Below, in pieces: positions 25,610 through 37,678 of a stretch of DNA of 64,000 nucleotides. Source of the DNA: Dudresnaya verticillata (taxonomy: Eukaryota). Within the stretch, counting starts at the first letter, position 1; each line of letters opens with the position of its first letter. Where the stretch lies: NCBI GenBank assembly GCA_977862235.1, contig OZ374560.1:434001-498000 (forward strand), given 5' to 3'. Under the pieces are notes generated by a model that saw only the letters and a program-made list of their open reading frames with translations, was not told the origin of the DNA and did not search any database. Made by a program: the position numbers and the translations under genes.

Positions 25610-25834
25610 GTCTTGTGTAGACCGTGTTTATACAGATGAAACAAAGTTCCACCAAAATAGCGAGGGTGGCCAGGGAGCTGGCACTGCACGATGTGTACGA
25701 ATTTCCTGATCCAATCACGTGGATCGCGCCGTTTGCTTCCAGCGCCGGTTAGAATTTTTGGCGCGAACACAAGTCTACTTACGTTCGCCGATGCCGAAGA
25801 AGCGAAGCATTCCCGGCATGCCTCTCTCTTTCCA
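25610..25834 (+). repeat. DIRS direct repeat A1
   Basis: GTCTTGTGTAGACCGTG...GCCTCTCTCT repeated at 29694-29915. Confidence 0.9.
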
Positions 25835-25910
25835 GAGAGGCCCCAAACCTTTGGCGGTAGGCACATTCAGAGCGGTCAAAAGTTACTAGGCCGAAACAAT
25901 ATCAACAAAC

Positions 25911-26585
25911 ATGGAGATAAGCAACAACCAGAAGCTCGTCGAAGATTTCCTGGCCAAGGCGAAGCTGGTCAACAAGGTCAAGACTCTCGCAGAGGCTGGC
26001 GTCGACACCAAGTGGGTCCGCGCCTACGGTTAGATCGCCCGGCGCTGCAGGGACGACAAGGACTTTGGCGTCACTTCGTATCCCTACGAGCAGGGGGCGG
26101 GTGTCGCGGCGTTTATTGGTGGCTTCTTCGAGCACCGTGACTGGCCTGTACGTCGCCATATGGAGAAACACTCTAGTCTGAGGGTGATCTGCGAGTACGA
26201 AGCGAACTACACTAATGCCGCAGGTTACTGGATGGCCTTTCACCAGGCAGCCATCGACCTTCGCCACGAGTGTTTCAACAAGACGGAAGTCGACGACGCG
26301 AATGTCTTCGACGTCTGGTCAATCGTCGCGATACGCTACGGTCTACGGGTTGTGGGTCTGCGCACGCAGTTCTACAAGATGTCTGCAAGGGACCCAACCC
26401 AACCCAAGATGACACTTCCCGTTCTGGAGCAGAGGAATGAAGTCGCCCCTGCTGATGATCTGACCGAGACCATGGGTAAGCTCGATACCCATATGACGAC
26501 TCAACGGATGAAGGCGGTAGCTACCCTGAACGCCAGCAACGCAACGAAGCTAGCTGGGAAAGGTGGCGCCGCCGGGGATAATTAG
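25911..26585 (+). pseudogene. DIRS ORF1 (gag-like), with one stop and one frameshift
   Basis: MEISNNQKLVEDFLAKAKLV...* then EKHSSLRVICEYEANY...; positioned between A1 and RT. The function is assigned by position only. Confidence 0.55.
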
Positions 26586-28581
26586 TTACCATCGACTCGA
26601 GGCACCCGCTTTGGCGCGAGACACAAGCCCGCGTAGAAGCATGGCGCCTCCTGGGCTGTTCGGAGTTCTTGTGCCGGGCAGTCCAGTTCGGAATCTTCGA
26701 GAACCCATCAAAACCCTTCATTCCTGGGGAGCGGGTCGCAATGGGCGAGATGCCACAGTCGGAGGACGGTCGGCGATTTGCATTCGAGGACCTCAGAGAT
26801 GGATGCCTTGCCGGGATATACGAGGAGGTCACCCCGCAGGCCGCCGACATTGCCCTCAAGAATGGATCCATCATCTCTTCCGCTTCGTCGTGTGGCAGGA
26901 CCAAGCGGATGGGGAGAAGAAGGGTCATTTGGTGGTGAACCTGAGCAAACGATCCAAGCACTGGAGAAAGGTAACAGTGCAGATGGAGTCTCTTTCCGGC
27001 TTTGCCACTTCGATTCAGAAAGGGGATCACTTTTTGTCCATGGACGTGCAGAGCGGATACCGCCACTTCCGCTTGCACCCCAGGATGAGGGACTGGTTCA
27101 TTTTCCGTTACGATGGTCGCTACTACAGATGCGTAGCGCTACCCTTCGGATGGGGGCTGTCGCCCCTGTGGTTTACCCAGCTCATGGCGTTGTTTGTGAG
27201 AATCCTCAGGGCGGCCGGCTTGCGCGTCCTGGCCTACCTGGACGACTTCTTAATGGTTCCATCGCCCCCCGGAACTGTTGCAGGTCCGTCACACCGCCAG
27301 GAAGCTCGGGCTTACGTAGAAGCGCTCCTGAAAACGTTGGGAATAACCAGGCATCATAGGAAAGGAGAGTGGGAAGGGCGCACGGTCATCGAGCATCTTG
27401 GAGTGCAGATCAACAGTGTTTCGATGCGCTTCATAGTGGAACCCCGCAAGCTGGCGAAGGTGCGCGCGCTGTCCGGGAAACTATTACGAAAGCCCATGCT
27501 GGGCCGTCGTTGGGTTTCCCGAAAGGCCGTTTCCTACTTCCGCGGTGTGTGCGTAGCACTATCTCTCGCGATGCCTTGGGCCCGCTTCTATACCCGAGCG
27601 CTGTACTGGGACTTGGGTTCGGCTTGCAAGAGAGACTCGCGCGGGCGGATTCGTCTGAGTCACCAGACCGTAAGAGACCTAAGGCGTTGGCGAGATCTCT
27701 CCCGAGACGAGTTGGAAGGAAGGCCGATGGTCCCTCACAGTGCGACAGCCGCGATCCATTCGGATACCGCAGACGTGGGATATGGCGGAACCCTCAACCA
27801 GTCCGATCTTTGGCCGGGCGTCGATGGCCATTGGCGCTCGCAAGGGATCTGGAGTTGGAAGGATCGGGCCGAGAGCATCAGCTTCCGGGAACTCAAAGCA
27901 ATTCGGATACTCCTAATGGGATCCTTGGGCAAGCGCGTTACAGCCCAAGGACATCGACAGCTTCTGTTGCATGTGGACAAACAAGTCGTGGTTCACATTA
28001 CCAACGCATTCGTGAGCGCAAGTCGGCCGATGATGAGGGAGCTTCGCCGATTGAAGTTGGTTCTGGATCAGCTCGGGTTGCGAATCCGGTCAGAGTGGAT
28101 ACCATCAGTCGCCAACAAGTTTGCAGATGGCCTTTCGCGACGATTCCCCCAAGCAGACTTACAGATCCGCAGGCAGTTGCGGCATTTCGTGATGGCTGGT
28201 ATGCAAGCTCCGAGGGACGCGTTCCGCTTTCGCCCCGTCGGGGAGCACCCCGTCATACAGCGGCGCCAAGCATACGCAGAGCTAGCGTCGACTTGGGACC
28301 CGGAGCAGGTGCGCCTTTTCTGCCCGCCGATATACCTGATCCAAGCCACGGTCCACAAGCTTCGGATCTCGAAGTGTCCGGCCGTGCTTCTGATCCCGGA
28401 CTGGCCGCGCCAGAACTGGCACCAGGCGGCGCTATCGTTGGCAACCTCTGTGAAGCAGCTTCCGCAGACGTCGGACAAAGTATGGGTAGGTCACAGGAAG
28501 ATCAACCCGGCATGGCGCTTGCTAATGCTGGAGGTCAACTTTCCAGCGGGCAAGAACACGGGACCCCTCGAGCAGATCTGA
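26563..28581 (+). CDS. pol: DIRS reverse transcriptase, RNase H and methyltransferase-like domain (N-terminus frameshifted near 26885)
   Basis: SMDVQSGYRH, LPFGWGLSP, AYLDDFL, HLG; RNase H SDTADVGYGG / RELKAI / VD / NKFADGLSR; MT-like FCPPIYLI..LLIPDWPRQNW. Confidence 0.92.
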   Translation: MAPPGIISYHRLEAPALARDTSPRRSMAPPGLFGVLVPGSPVRNLREPIKTLHSWGAGRNGRDATVGGRSAICIRGPQRWMPCRDIRGGHPAGRRHCPQEWIHHLFRFVVWQDQADGEKKGHLVVNLSKRSKHWRKVTVQMESLSGFATSIQKGDHFLSMDVQSGYRHFRLHPRMRDWFIFRYDGRYYRCVALPFGWGLSPLWFTQLMALFVRILRAAGLRVLAYLDDFLMVPSPPGTVAGPSHRQEARAYVEALLKTLGITRHHRKGEWEGRTVIEHLGVQINSVSMRFIVEPRKLAKVRALSGKLLRKPMLGRRWVSRKAVSYFRGVCVALSLAMPWARFYTRALYWDLGSACKRDSRGRIRLSHQTVRDLRRWRDLSRDELEGRPMVPHSATAAIHSDTADVGYGGTLNQSDLWPGVDGHWRSQGIWSWKDRAESISFRELKAIRILLMGSLGKRVTAQGHRQLLLHVDKQVVVHITNAFVSASRPMMRELRRLKLVLDQLGLRIRSEWIPSVANKFADGLSRRFPQADLQIRRQLRHFVMAGMQAPRDAFRFRPVGEHPVIQRRQAYAELASTWDPEQVRLFCPPIYLIQATVHKLRISKCPAVLLIPDWPRQNWHQAALSLATSVKQLPQTSDKVWVGHRKINPAWRLLMLEVNFPAGKNTGPLEQI

Positions 28582-29626
28582 TACTGGGCTTGGGGGTAGC
28601 GCAGAGGTTATCCTCGATGGTACCAACAGAGGGCCTGCGCCAGGCCTCAAAACTTATCCAAGAGTATGCCTGGGAGGACCGAACCAAAAGGACGCGCAAT
28701 TCTCAATGGAAGTGCTGGGTTAGGTTTTGCGAATCAGAAGGTCGGGTTCTTCTTCCTGTTACTGAAGCCCACTTCTTGGCTTACATTGGGTGGCTCATGC
28801 AAGAACGCCAGGCTGGTAGACGTGCAGTTAGTGGGTCTTCCATTCCCCAGTACTTGTCGGCCGTCCGACAAATGCAAATGACCTGCCTCGGCGTTCCAGT
28901 TCCCTTGTTTGAACTTGTGCCTCACCTGCTACGGGCATATTCAAAGTGGGAGGAAGACAACTTTCCTCAAACAGCTTTGAGATGCGGCGTATCTGCGTCG
29001 GTTGTTCAGCAGATATGGACTCTCGGAATGCAAACCGAAGACATGTCGTTGCTTCGTGATAGCGCGGCTTGCGTGTTCGCATACTGCCTCAATGGTCTCC
29101 GAGAAAGTTCTGTCATCAGCGTTGAAGCAGCCAATATCACGCTAACCGACTCTTCCATCCTCGTACGGCTGTCTCGTTGGAAAGGTCGACATGCTAGCCA
29201 GCAGCCACTAGTCTCATACGAACGATGGACAACCCTGGCATCTCCTGTTGATCTTTGGAACCTGTGGAACTCGCGACGGCCAGAACACCCCGTTTCTTCG
29301 CTCTGTCGGGTGATCGGCAAGATATTGCTGTGCAGACGCTCACAGCAGCGTTACAGCGCTGTTTAAGCGAGCTTTCCATCTTGGCGCCAGCTGGAGGGAA
29401 GTTCACGTCGCACTCTCTTCGAATTGGTGCGCATACTGAGCAAGTGTTGCTTGGCATTCCCTTGGAAGTACGCTTGGCTCGCTTCGGATGGGGCCCTCGC
29501 AGTTCCGAGATGGCAGCCTTGTATTTTGACCGTACCCTGAAGGTTTCAACAGCATCGTTTTGGTTGTTCGGTTGCCAGCCCCTGGTCGGCACCGGCCCCG
29601 TTTCCACCGTGGCTCCTGAAGAGTAG
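28580..29626 (+). pseudogene. DIRS tyrosine recombinase (frameshift near 29285)
   Basis: N-terminal helical region (QWKCWVRFC, QYLSAVR), then GLRESS, K, SHSLRIG, GW and LY catalytic residues. Confidence 0.9.
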
Positions 29627-29693
29627 CCCGGCCGTCGGTGCACAAGCGTCCCGCAGACGTCTGTCCGCTGTTGCGGTTGAGGTTGGGAGTTTC

Positions 29694-29915
29694 GTCTTGT
29701 GTAGACCGTGTTTATACAGATGAAACAAAGTTCTACCAAAATAGCGAGGGTGGCCAGGGAGCTGGCACTGCACGATGTGTACGAATTTCCTGATCCAATC
29801 ACGTGGATCGCGCCGTTTGCTTCCAGCGCCGGTTCGAAATTTTGGCGCGCACAAGTCTACTTAAGTTCGCCGGTGCCGACGAAGCGAAGCATTCCCGGTA
29901 TGCCTCTCTCTTCCA
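29694..29915 (+). repeat. DIRS direct repeat A2
   Basis: Close copy of 25610-25834. Confidence 0.9.
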
Positions 29916-32001
29916 CACCCACCCGCCCGTTTTCATGTCTCTCTCTTTGTTGTTTTGGCAGGGTACGGAAGTTCATTTCGGAGGTGGTGATTGGGCAAAA
30001 GTTGATTGACGTTAGCAGGGAGTCTGGAAGTGGTGCGAATGCAAGTGCAAAAGCGACTGAGGGAAAACCCCCTCAGTAGTGCGCATCGCGTACTAACCCC
30101 GCGGGGTGTTTTGCTCAACCAAGTGCGCGTCGTTGACGGAAGACCAAGCACGTTCCACCCCCGAAGTACGCTCTGGTTCCGAGCTATCGGGAGGGGCGCT
30201 TCACCGCCAACCCTTTCGGGTCGGCAGCCCGGTCTGTGGTTTCAATTTGGGGCTATTTATACCAGACCCCCCGGGCGCGAAATTACAGTGCACTTGTTCG
30301 CGAAGGTTCGAATCCCACGGGAGCACAAAGGGATCCAACTTATTTTCTTAGTTATTGTTGATATGTATGGGCTGCTGAAAAGCCCACGCCCGTAGCTATA
30401 GGTTCTTTGGGCGGGGGTGCAGCCTAAATATCCTGCCGGACCATGCGCAGGCCGCGCGTCTAGCAGGTCACCTTTAGACCGTAAATGAATTTGTTTCACC
30501 CCGCGTTGGGGCCCCGGATGCTCCGGTCGACTACAGAAGATGCCGGTATTCGGCTGTGAAGGCAGTCACAGGCGCCACCGTCGAAGTGGCGGTGGCTCTG
30601 AATACTCTGGGACTTGTCGGTTTTCGACTTCATGCTCTTTTGAAGTGCACAATGCTGCACAGGGGAAAGGTCTCATACACGGCCCATCTATGAAACAAAT
30701 GGTACAGGGCCGCAAGAGGCCGAAAAAGGGGCCGCAACAACCCGGTTAGCCGAAAGGTTACCACGATTACTACAATTTACTTACAGCGGTCCGGACCGGG
30801 CGTTCCACTGGAGGATAAATCGGGGCAAGAGAAGGACCAATCGGTCCCCCTCGTGGACCGAATTAAGGAAACTGCTTGCGCATGGAAAGGAAGGTTTCGT
30901 AAGCACGAGTGAAACGAGAGGTTGTGCGGTACAAGCCGTCTACCAGCCGACACCATCTGCTGATGCCGACAATAAGTTTAGAAGTCGTATTGCGACATGA
31001 GAAAATGGCACTATTGCAGTATGTGCCTGCTGAGGGACACAAGGCAATATTAAGTGGTATACACACCTGGTGTTGCGCATGTGCATCCAAGCACACGATG
31101 CAAAGACGGGGAACCCCCACCCCCCTGAAATACCGAGGGTCGCGCCAGTTGCTGCAAAGCTCCGAAGGCGTATTGCGGTTCATCCGCTTGCAGTACTGAC
31201 ATCGCCATGATGACCAACGCCGGAAGCAGACAATCTGCAAATTCGCGAACCCGGCCGGGGAAGTCCCCCATTTTCGAAAGGGCCCCTGTTTACTCATAGG
31301 GGCGAGCTCAGACAGCAGAAATCCGCATTCAAGATGGAGTTAGTGGGTTGGGCTCGCAGAGGCTCACCTCTTAACGGGGGGGAGATGTGGTGCAATTCAC
31401 CGGTTCTCATTTGCCTCAAATCGCGGCCTCCCCGCAATGCACTTGGGGACTGCCCCTGTAAGGCGCCCGGCCTGTAAGTCCTGCGCGCGGGTGGCAACGG
31501 GTGGCAGATTATGGTGGCGGATCTTCGCTACTGTACGCACTGTCAGCCACCCTTAATTTTAGTTAATTTTAGTTAATCCCTTTCCGCGTGTCACGAATCT
31601 CCAAATGGCACGCTTCCTTCCTCACTTCATTTGCGGCGCATCCGCGTGTACGTAGTATATTAGAGCTAGGGGCGCGCCCTCATTCAGTAAACAAGCCAAG
31701 CTCGGGCTCTACGACACACACCTCCCTACCCTTGACCGACACCTTTGTCTTCAGGAGGGACTCCAGTGCGTGCGTACCCCTTCTTCATCATACAGAACCC
31801 TTTTCCCCCTTTTCCTTTTGCTTTTCCACTATTTTAGGGTTCCTCCGTTTTTCTTTCATCTCGTGGCGTTTTACAGTCGCGCTACGGGGCTACTCCCCAC
31901 GCTCTACCACACCACCCCCTACTACCGCTACCCGCGGGTCCCGAACGCCCGAGGTGTGTCCTCTGTTGTTGTTTTCAGCAGTGGATTTGCACCACACCTT
32001 T

Positions 32002-32860
32002 GCCCAATCCAGGATTATGGATGTATCTGCACCAGGAGGATCGCGATGGTACAGATAGCAATCCATCAAAACTTCATGAAGCGACTGCGATATTCCACGA
32101 ACGGTGCGAAAGTGAGGACGAAGGCCAGGATAGACGATAGCTGGCATATAAGCTTGCCCATCAGCAGATATCACAGGCATAACGGTTACTCGGTCAAGGT
32201 CGCCCTTCGTTCGAACGGTTTTTTGGCTGAGTTTTGCGCCCATATTCCCCACGCCTTTACGGAGCGATCTACCGACCATCTTGGAGAATGAGGCGCCTGC
32301 CTGGTCCATATTGAAAATGCACTTGGCTTCGTGAATGTGGTAACGGTCCATTGCTGCCTGAACGCGAGAAATATGCTCGGTCACATGTTCGGGGCTCATG
32401 GCCTCTACGCGCTGTTTCTCAACTTGGGAGACGCTGTGATACCCAAGGTTGTTTCTTGCCATGAGGTTGTCAACACATTTCATCGACGGACGGTTGTCGG
32501 CAAAGCCGATGCGGTCCTGATCCTTCTTTGAAAGCATTTCCACATCTCCTGCACCAAGTCCATCACACCTTGTTTCGTCAACGGCGTGTTATTGGTAGCG
32601 AAATAACGTATGGCAGCACAAATAATGACCTCATGCCTGGCGGCAAGTTTGCGAGGGCGACCAGGCGAGACACGAAGAAAGTGAATATCTCTCTGACTTT
32701 CGGGCTGTGATTCCGGGGCATTCTTCGTCCAGTTGCGATATGCTGTGCGAAGCACGCCGACGGTAAGATTGTGTTTCTTGGCTAGGCCTTCCCATGTAGA
32801 GCTTTCAGAAGAGAAGCGCCCGAAGATTGCGTCGCGAAGCTGTTGGTTTTCGTCCGTCAT
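32002..32860 (-). pseudogene. pogo/Fot1-type transposase 1, N-terminal segment (HTH regions, GRP motif, first catalytic D)
   Basis: PGRPRKL, IFNMDQAG, RVTVMPVISADG..MPAIVYPG; ...LDWAK joins GFVLET at 19134 after removing element A; frameshift near 32540. Confidence 0.9.
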
Positions 32861-33524
32861 GATGGCTTCACAGCTCTGTCGCCTTGGTGGTGGTTCAACT
32901 CCATAAAGCCGTTGTCTTGTAATGGCACGCGCTCTGTGGGATTCAAGGGCGCAGTTTGAAAGCAGGATGTACCCGCCATTGTATCTTGAACTTGGGCTTC
33001 GGGTGGGTGCATTACCGTTTGCGGCGCTGCTTGTTTGGCGGTAACCATCGCCGTACTGTCGGGTCTTGGCAGGGGAAACCGTTCCGACGGCGTCTGGTTT
33101 CCAATTGTCGAATTTGGAAAATCTGTTGACTTAGGAGTTGGACTTTTACCCTGCCTGGGTACAGGACTGTATTGTACAATACGACGCTCCGTGTGGAAGA
33201 ATGAGCCGCAGCCGAGTGTTGGCGCACTGTAAGTCATGTGTGCGCATTAAGGTGTAAGACGCCCACTCGCATCAAGCTGTAAGGCACGCACAAGCGCCGT
33301 GAGCTGTACGGACGATGCGCCCCGCTGGCGTCCCTGCTGGCACCAAATTTGATGGCGAATTGCCATTGGGTAAGTTATTGTGGCCGCTCACGCGGCCCGA
33401 CACGGTACTGCCACTAATCCGCATTTATAGCTGACAACAGTACTATTAGATGAATAATTACAGCTATAATAGCTTAGAATAGCTAATTGGAGGTAGGAGC
33501 ATATCCGGCTCTGCTATACTCAAT

Positions 33525-33553
33525 AGGCCCCTGAGCCTGCTACTCAGGGGCCT
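33525..33553. other. Perfect 11-bp hairpin
   Basis: AGGCCCCTGAG-cctgcta-CTCAGGGGCCT. Confidence 0.8.
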
Positions 33554-36500
33554 CCTGAATAGAACCATACGGTGGGTTTGGGTTTTTGCCCTTTTTCTGG
33601 AATTCACAGACTCACCGTATCTTTTTCCCCTTTCTGGCGCTCTACTAGCCTTGTCTCCGCACGACGGAAGCTCTGCGCGAGCGGGGTAGCGCCGCCCTTC
33701 CTTTTTACCCTTTTCCCTAACCGTTCAACTCTTAATATGGTTTTTTGCCGTGCTTTAGCACCACCTGCCTCGCGATTCCCCTTATCTGTGTGGTGCAAAT
33801 CCACTGCTGAAAACAACAACGGAGGACACACCTCGGGCGTTCGGGACCCGCGGGTAGCGGTAGTAGGGGGTAGTGTGGTAGAGCGTGGGGAGTAGCCCCG
33901 TAGCGTGACTGTAAAACGCCACGAGATGAAAGAAAAACGGAGGAACCCTAAAATAGCGGGAAAGCAAAGGAAAAAGGGGAAAACAGGGTTCTGTATGATG
34001 AAGAAGGGGTACGCACGCACTGGAGTCCCTCCTGACGACGAAGGTGTCGGTCAAGGGTAGGGAGGTGTGTGTCGTAGAGCCCGAGCTTGGCTTGTTTACT
34101 GAATGAGGGCGCGCCCCTAGCTCTAATATACTATGTACATGCGGGTGCGCCGCAAATGAAGTGGGGAAGGGAGCGTGCCATTTGGAGATTCGTGACACGC
34201 GAAAAGGGATTAACTAAAATTAACTAAAATTAAGGGTGGCTGACAGTGCGTATAGTAGCGAAGATCCGCCACCATAATCTGCCACCCGTTGCCGCCGGCG
34301 CGCAGGACTTACAGGCCGGGCGCCTTACAGGGGCAGTCCCCAAGTGCATTGCTGGCGGGGAGTCCGCGATTTGAGGTAAATGAGCACCGGTGAATTGCAC
34401 CACATCTCCCCCCCGTTAAGAGGTGAGCCCCTGCGAGCCCAAGCCACTAAATCCATCTTGAATGCGGATTTCCGCTGTCTGAGCTCGCCCCTATGAGTAA
34501 ACAGGGGGCCCTTTCGAAAATGGGGGACTTCCCCGGCCGGGTTCGCGAATTTGCAGATTGTCTGCTTCCGGCGTTGGTCATCATGGCGATGTCAGTACTG
34601 CAAGCGGATGAACCGCAATACGCCTTCGGAGCTTAGGAGCAACTGGCGCGACCCTCGGTATTTCAGGGGGTGGGGGTTCCCGGCTTTGCGTCGATACACA
34701 ATCGTGTGCTTGGATGCAAATGCGCAACACCATGTGGGTATACCACTTAATATTGCCTCGTGTCCCTCAGCAGGCACATACTGCAATGGTGCCATTTTCT
34801 CATGTCGCAATACGACTTCTAAACTTATTGTCGGCATCACCAGATGGTGTCGGCTGGTAGACGGCTTGTACCGCACAACCGCTCGTTGCACTCGTGCTTA
34901 GGAAACCTTCCTTTCCATGCGCAAGCAGTTTCCTCAAATCGGTCCACGAGGGGGACCGATTGGTCCTTATCTTCCTCCGATGGGTCCTCCAGTGGACCGC
35001 CCGGTCCGGACCGCTGTAAGTATATTACAGTAACCGTGGTAACCTTTCGGCTACTCAGGGGTTGTTGCGGCCCCTTTTCCGGTCTTTTGCGGCCCTGTAC
35101 CATTTGTGTCATAGATCGGCCGTGTATGAGACATTTCCTCTGTGCAGCATTGCGCACTGCAAACGAGCATGAAGTCGAAATCCGACAAGTCCCAGAGCAT
35201 TCAGAGTCACCGCCACTTCGGCGTTGGCGCCTGTGACTGCCTTCACAGCCGAAGACCGGCATAATCTGCTATCGACCGGAGCATCCCGGGTTCCAATGCG
35301 GGGATAAAGCAGCTTTCTGCAGAAAACAGCCGAATACGGCAAATGCAGGTGCGGACGAACGAGCGGATGTCACCGCAGGATGGCAGCTGCAAAAGTGGAA
35401 ACCCACGAATAGACTTCAGCATGGGGCGTTCCCCAATGCTCGGTTTCCCCGATGGCGAACCGGGCGCGGTGCGGAAATGGCGGATATTCCGCATTGCAGT
35501 CGTTGCGAAATGGCGTCCGCGGTCAAATGCATTGAGGTAGTCCCCATTTCACGTCCATAAAAGGGCAGCGGCTCAAGGCGCGTACGCCAGACTTAAACAC
35601 AGTTGAATACAACATTTCCAGCGTCGCCCGAATAGCTTCGGCTTCCTTATGGCGGTACACATTCTGCAATTGTTCGTAAGTAGAAATCTACACACGAAGG
35701 TGCTTTGGGCGTAGGACCGGGATCCCGGGAAACGTATTGTAGACACACTACTTAGTTAGATGACGGCTTCTTTTTCGTGGCGACTTCGTCTTGGCAGTGG
35801 GGCGTCAGGGCCGTCTGGACCAATATGGGCCTATCGGGGCAAACCCGTAAAACTCCACGTCTGTCGAGGACGACGTCGAAGACTTGCAAAACGGGCTGCC
35901 TCTACGCCGAACAACGAGAATTCTCGTTTGTAGAGATGCTGGGAAATTCCCAAGCGCGGATATGGTGCCAAAACGGGGAGTAGGGGCGAACAGGAGCTCC
36001 TGAGCAGTATACAAACGGGGTTTTCCTGGATAAGGTGCCCAAAAGGGGTACCTCAAAAGCATGACGATTTCGTCCAACGGGGGCCCCCAATTCCAAGGTG
36101 GTTGAAGGGGGTGTAATTGGGATTGTTCCATTTAGGCTTGTAGGGCAGGGGGGTTCAACTGCATAGATTTCTGATTTGACGGGTAAGTCCCGAACTGCAC
36201 TTGAGCAGGTGCAGAAAAGCGCACGCCATTGCGAAACCATCGGCGATACGCCATATCGGCTTCCTCAGGGGACTTCCCCATCCTGTCGGGGTGGTCGCGG
36301 ATCTGGACGTTGCCAGCTTACGGGAAGGGCTACGGATATCCGTTTTCCGCATACCGAGTCAGGCACTTAGTCGAAAATCGACTTTGTGTCGGTGAAGCGA
36401 CTTATGCCGAGCTCGACATCACCCAGGGTAGCAGTCCCTTAAATTCCAGCATCTGATTGGCTAAAATTAAAATTTGTTCAAACGGCACCCAATCGCAGTC

Positions 36501-37519
36501 TGAAGTATGGCGTACAGTACGCAATTGCCAGAGGCTGTCCGCACTGTGGCACCGTCTTCTCTTTGTGGTCTGGCCACGCCAATTTAGCCTCAGCAGGTAT
36601 CTGCAGAAGGAGTGCTTGTGCGCTAACCCACCAAGGTCAGTTTCTCCCCACGTAGTCGAGTGGTAGGGGGAGCCCAAGTGGGTCCGCCAACACCTGGTCG
36701 AATTCGACGGAGTGAGACGGGGCGTCGTCTAGACGAGCGGAATGCCGCGCAATAGCAATTCCAATTGATGCCAATGGACTTGGACGTGAACTTCCTGTCG
36801 TGTGGGGTACCACTTTTGCGAATGACGGGCGCGGAGGCATTCCCTGACCGTTGGGGTGTGTGAATGCTCAAGGCCATTGATGGCTCAGATTAGCGGTTAC
36901 GGAATTCCGTTTTGGACAGGGTTGTCTTATTTAGCCGCAGACGGCTTGGGGGAGGCAGCAGCGGTTTGCCGTAGGCTGTGTAGGGGTGTGCCCCATATGA
37001 TTTCATTAATGGGTTCTGCGGGACGCCGCACATTAGATTGGTAGGGAGCGTCGCGTCGGTTTTGACGCGAACGTTCCGCGGTGTGGGATTCCACTTCTCT
37101 TGTACGACCTTCGCGAAGGCGTCCCCAATCCATGGGGGGACGGATGCTTCATGTCGTTGGTGGCTCGGGGTAGTCATTACGGAATTCCGTTTCGGGCATA
37201 CCCAGTCGGGCACTTAGTCGAAATTCGACTTTGTGTCGGTGGAGCGACTTATATCGAGCTCGACACCACCGAGGGTGACTGCTGCCAAAATTCCGGCGCC
37301 TGATTGGCCAAAATTATTTTTGGCTAAACGGCAGCCAATCGCAGTCACAATCTTGGCGTACAGTCCCCGAGTCGCTGGGACGACTGGTACATTGCAGTTG
37401 CTCGTCTATCTCCCCATCGCGGCTAAGTCCGCAACGATTCGAACTGAGCAGATGCCCTGCATAAGTATCGCCGTGGATTTATCCCGTCATGGCCACACTC
37501 ATCGTAGCGGGTACACCAA

Positions 37520-37678
37520 GCCGCTTCATGTTATGATAGGATGCGTTTTGACTCCGCGGCAAGTTGTGAATGGGTTTCCATGTCTGCGGCGCGAACGGAC
37601 ATCCGTACCACTTGATCTCAAACAGAAGTTCTGTATCGAAATATCCGTGGCTTACCACTTTTTCAATGACATATTCGT
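37520..37678 (-). pseudogene. Isolated chromodomain remnant in element B
   Basis: Minus strand translates EYVIEKVVSHGYFDTELLFEIKWYG...TW, then frameshifts. Confidence 0.75.

Larger units (their letters stand above)
25610..30497 (+). mobile_element. DIRS-order (PAT-like) tyrosine-recombinase retrotransposon nested in element A
   Basis: Absent from the equivalent site of element B (about 35300-35325); no TSD; direct repeats of about 225 bp at 25610-25834 and 29694-29915; gag-like, RT-RH-MT and YR frames. Confidence 0.9.
19135..31996 (+). mobile_element. Gypsy/chromovirus-derived non-autonomous LTR element A (contains a DIRS insertion)
   Basis: LTRs 19135-19749 and 31386-31996 (TGTGGTGC...GCACCACA, visibly diverged); TSD CCTTT at 19130-19134 and 31997-32001; PBS TGGTCTCCCGACCTAGAA 19752-19769; G-rich PPT before the 3' LTR. 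Confidence 0.95.

Noticed and set aside
27369..28580. N-terminal 400 aa of the 665-aa ORF as a separate protein
   Set aside because: Low-complexity alternative frame overlapping RT/RH; only the part after about 28580 shows recombinase features.
30056..30107. Hammerhead ribozyme in the DIRS tail
   Set aside because: No CTGANGA...GAAA core on either strand.
30440..30472. SRP RNA helix-8-like CAGG-N10-AGCAGG
   Set aside because: Lacks the GNRA tetraloop and the pairing stem; likely chance.
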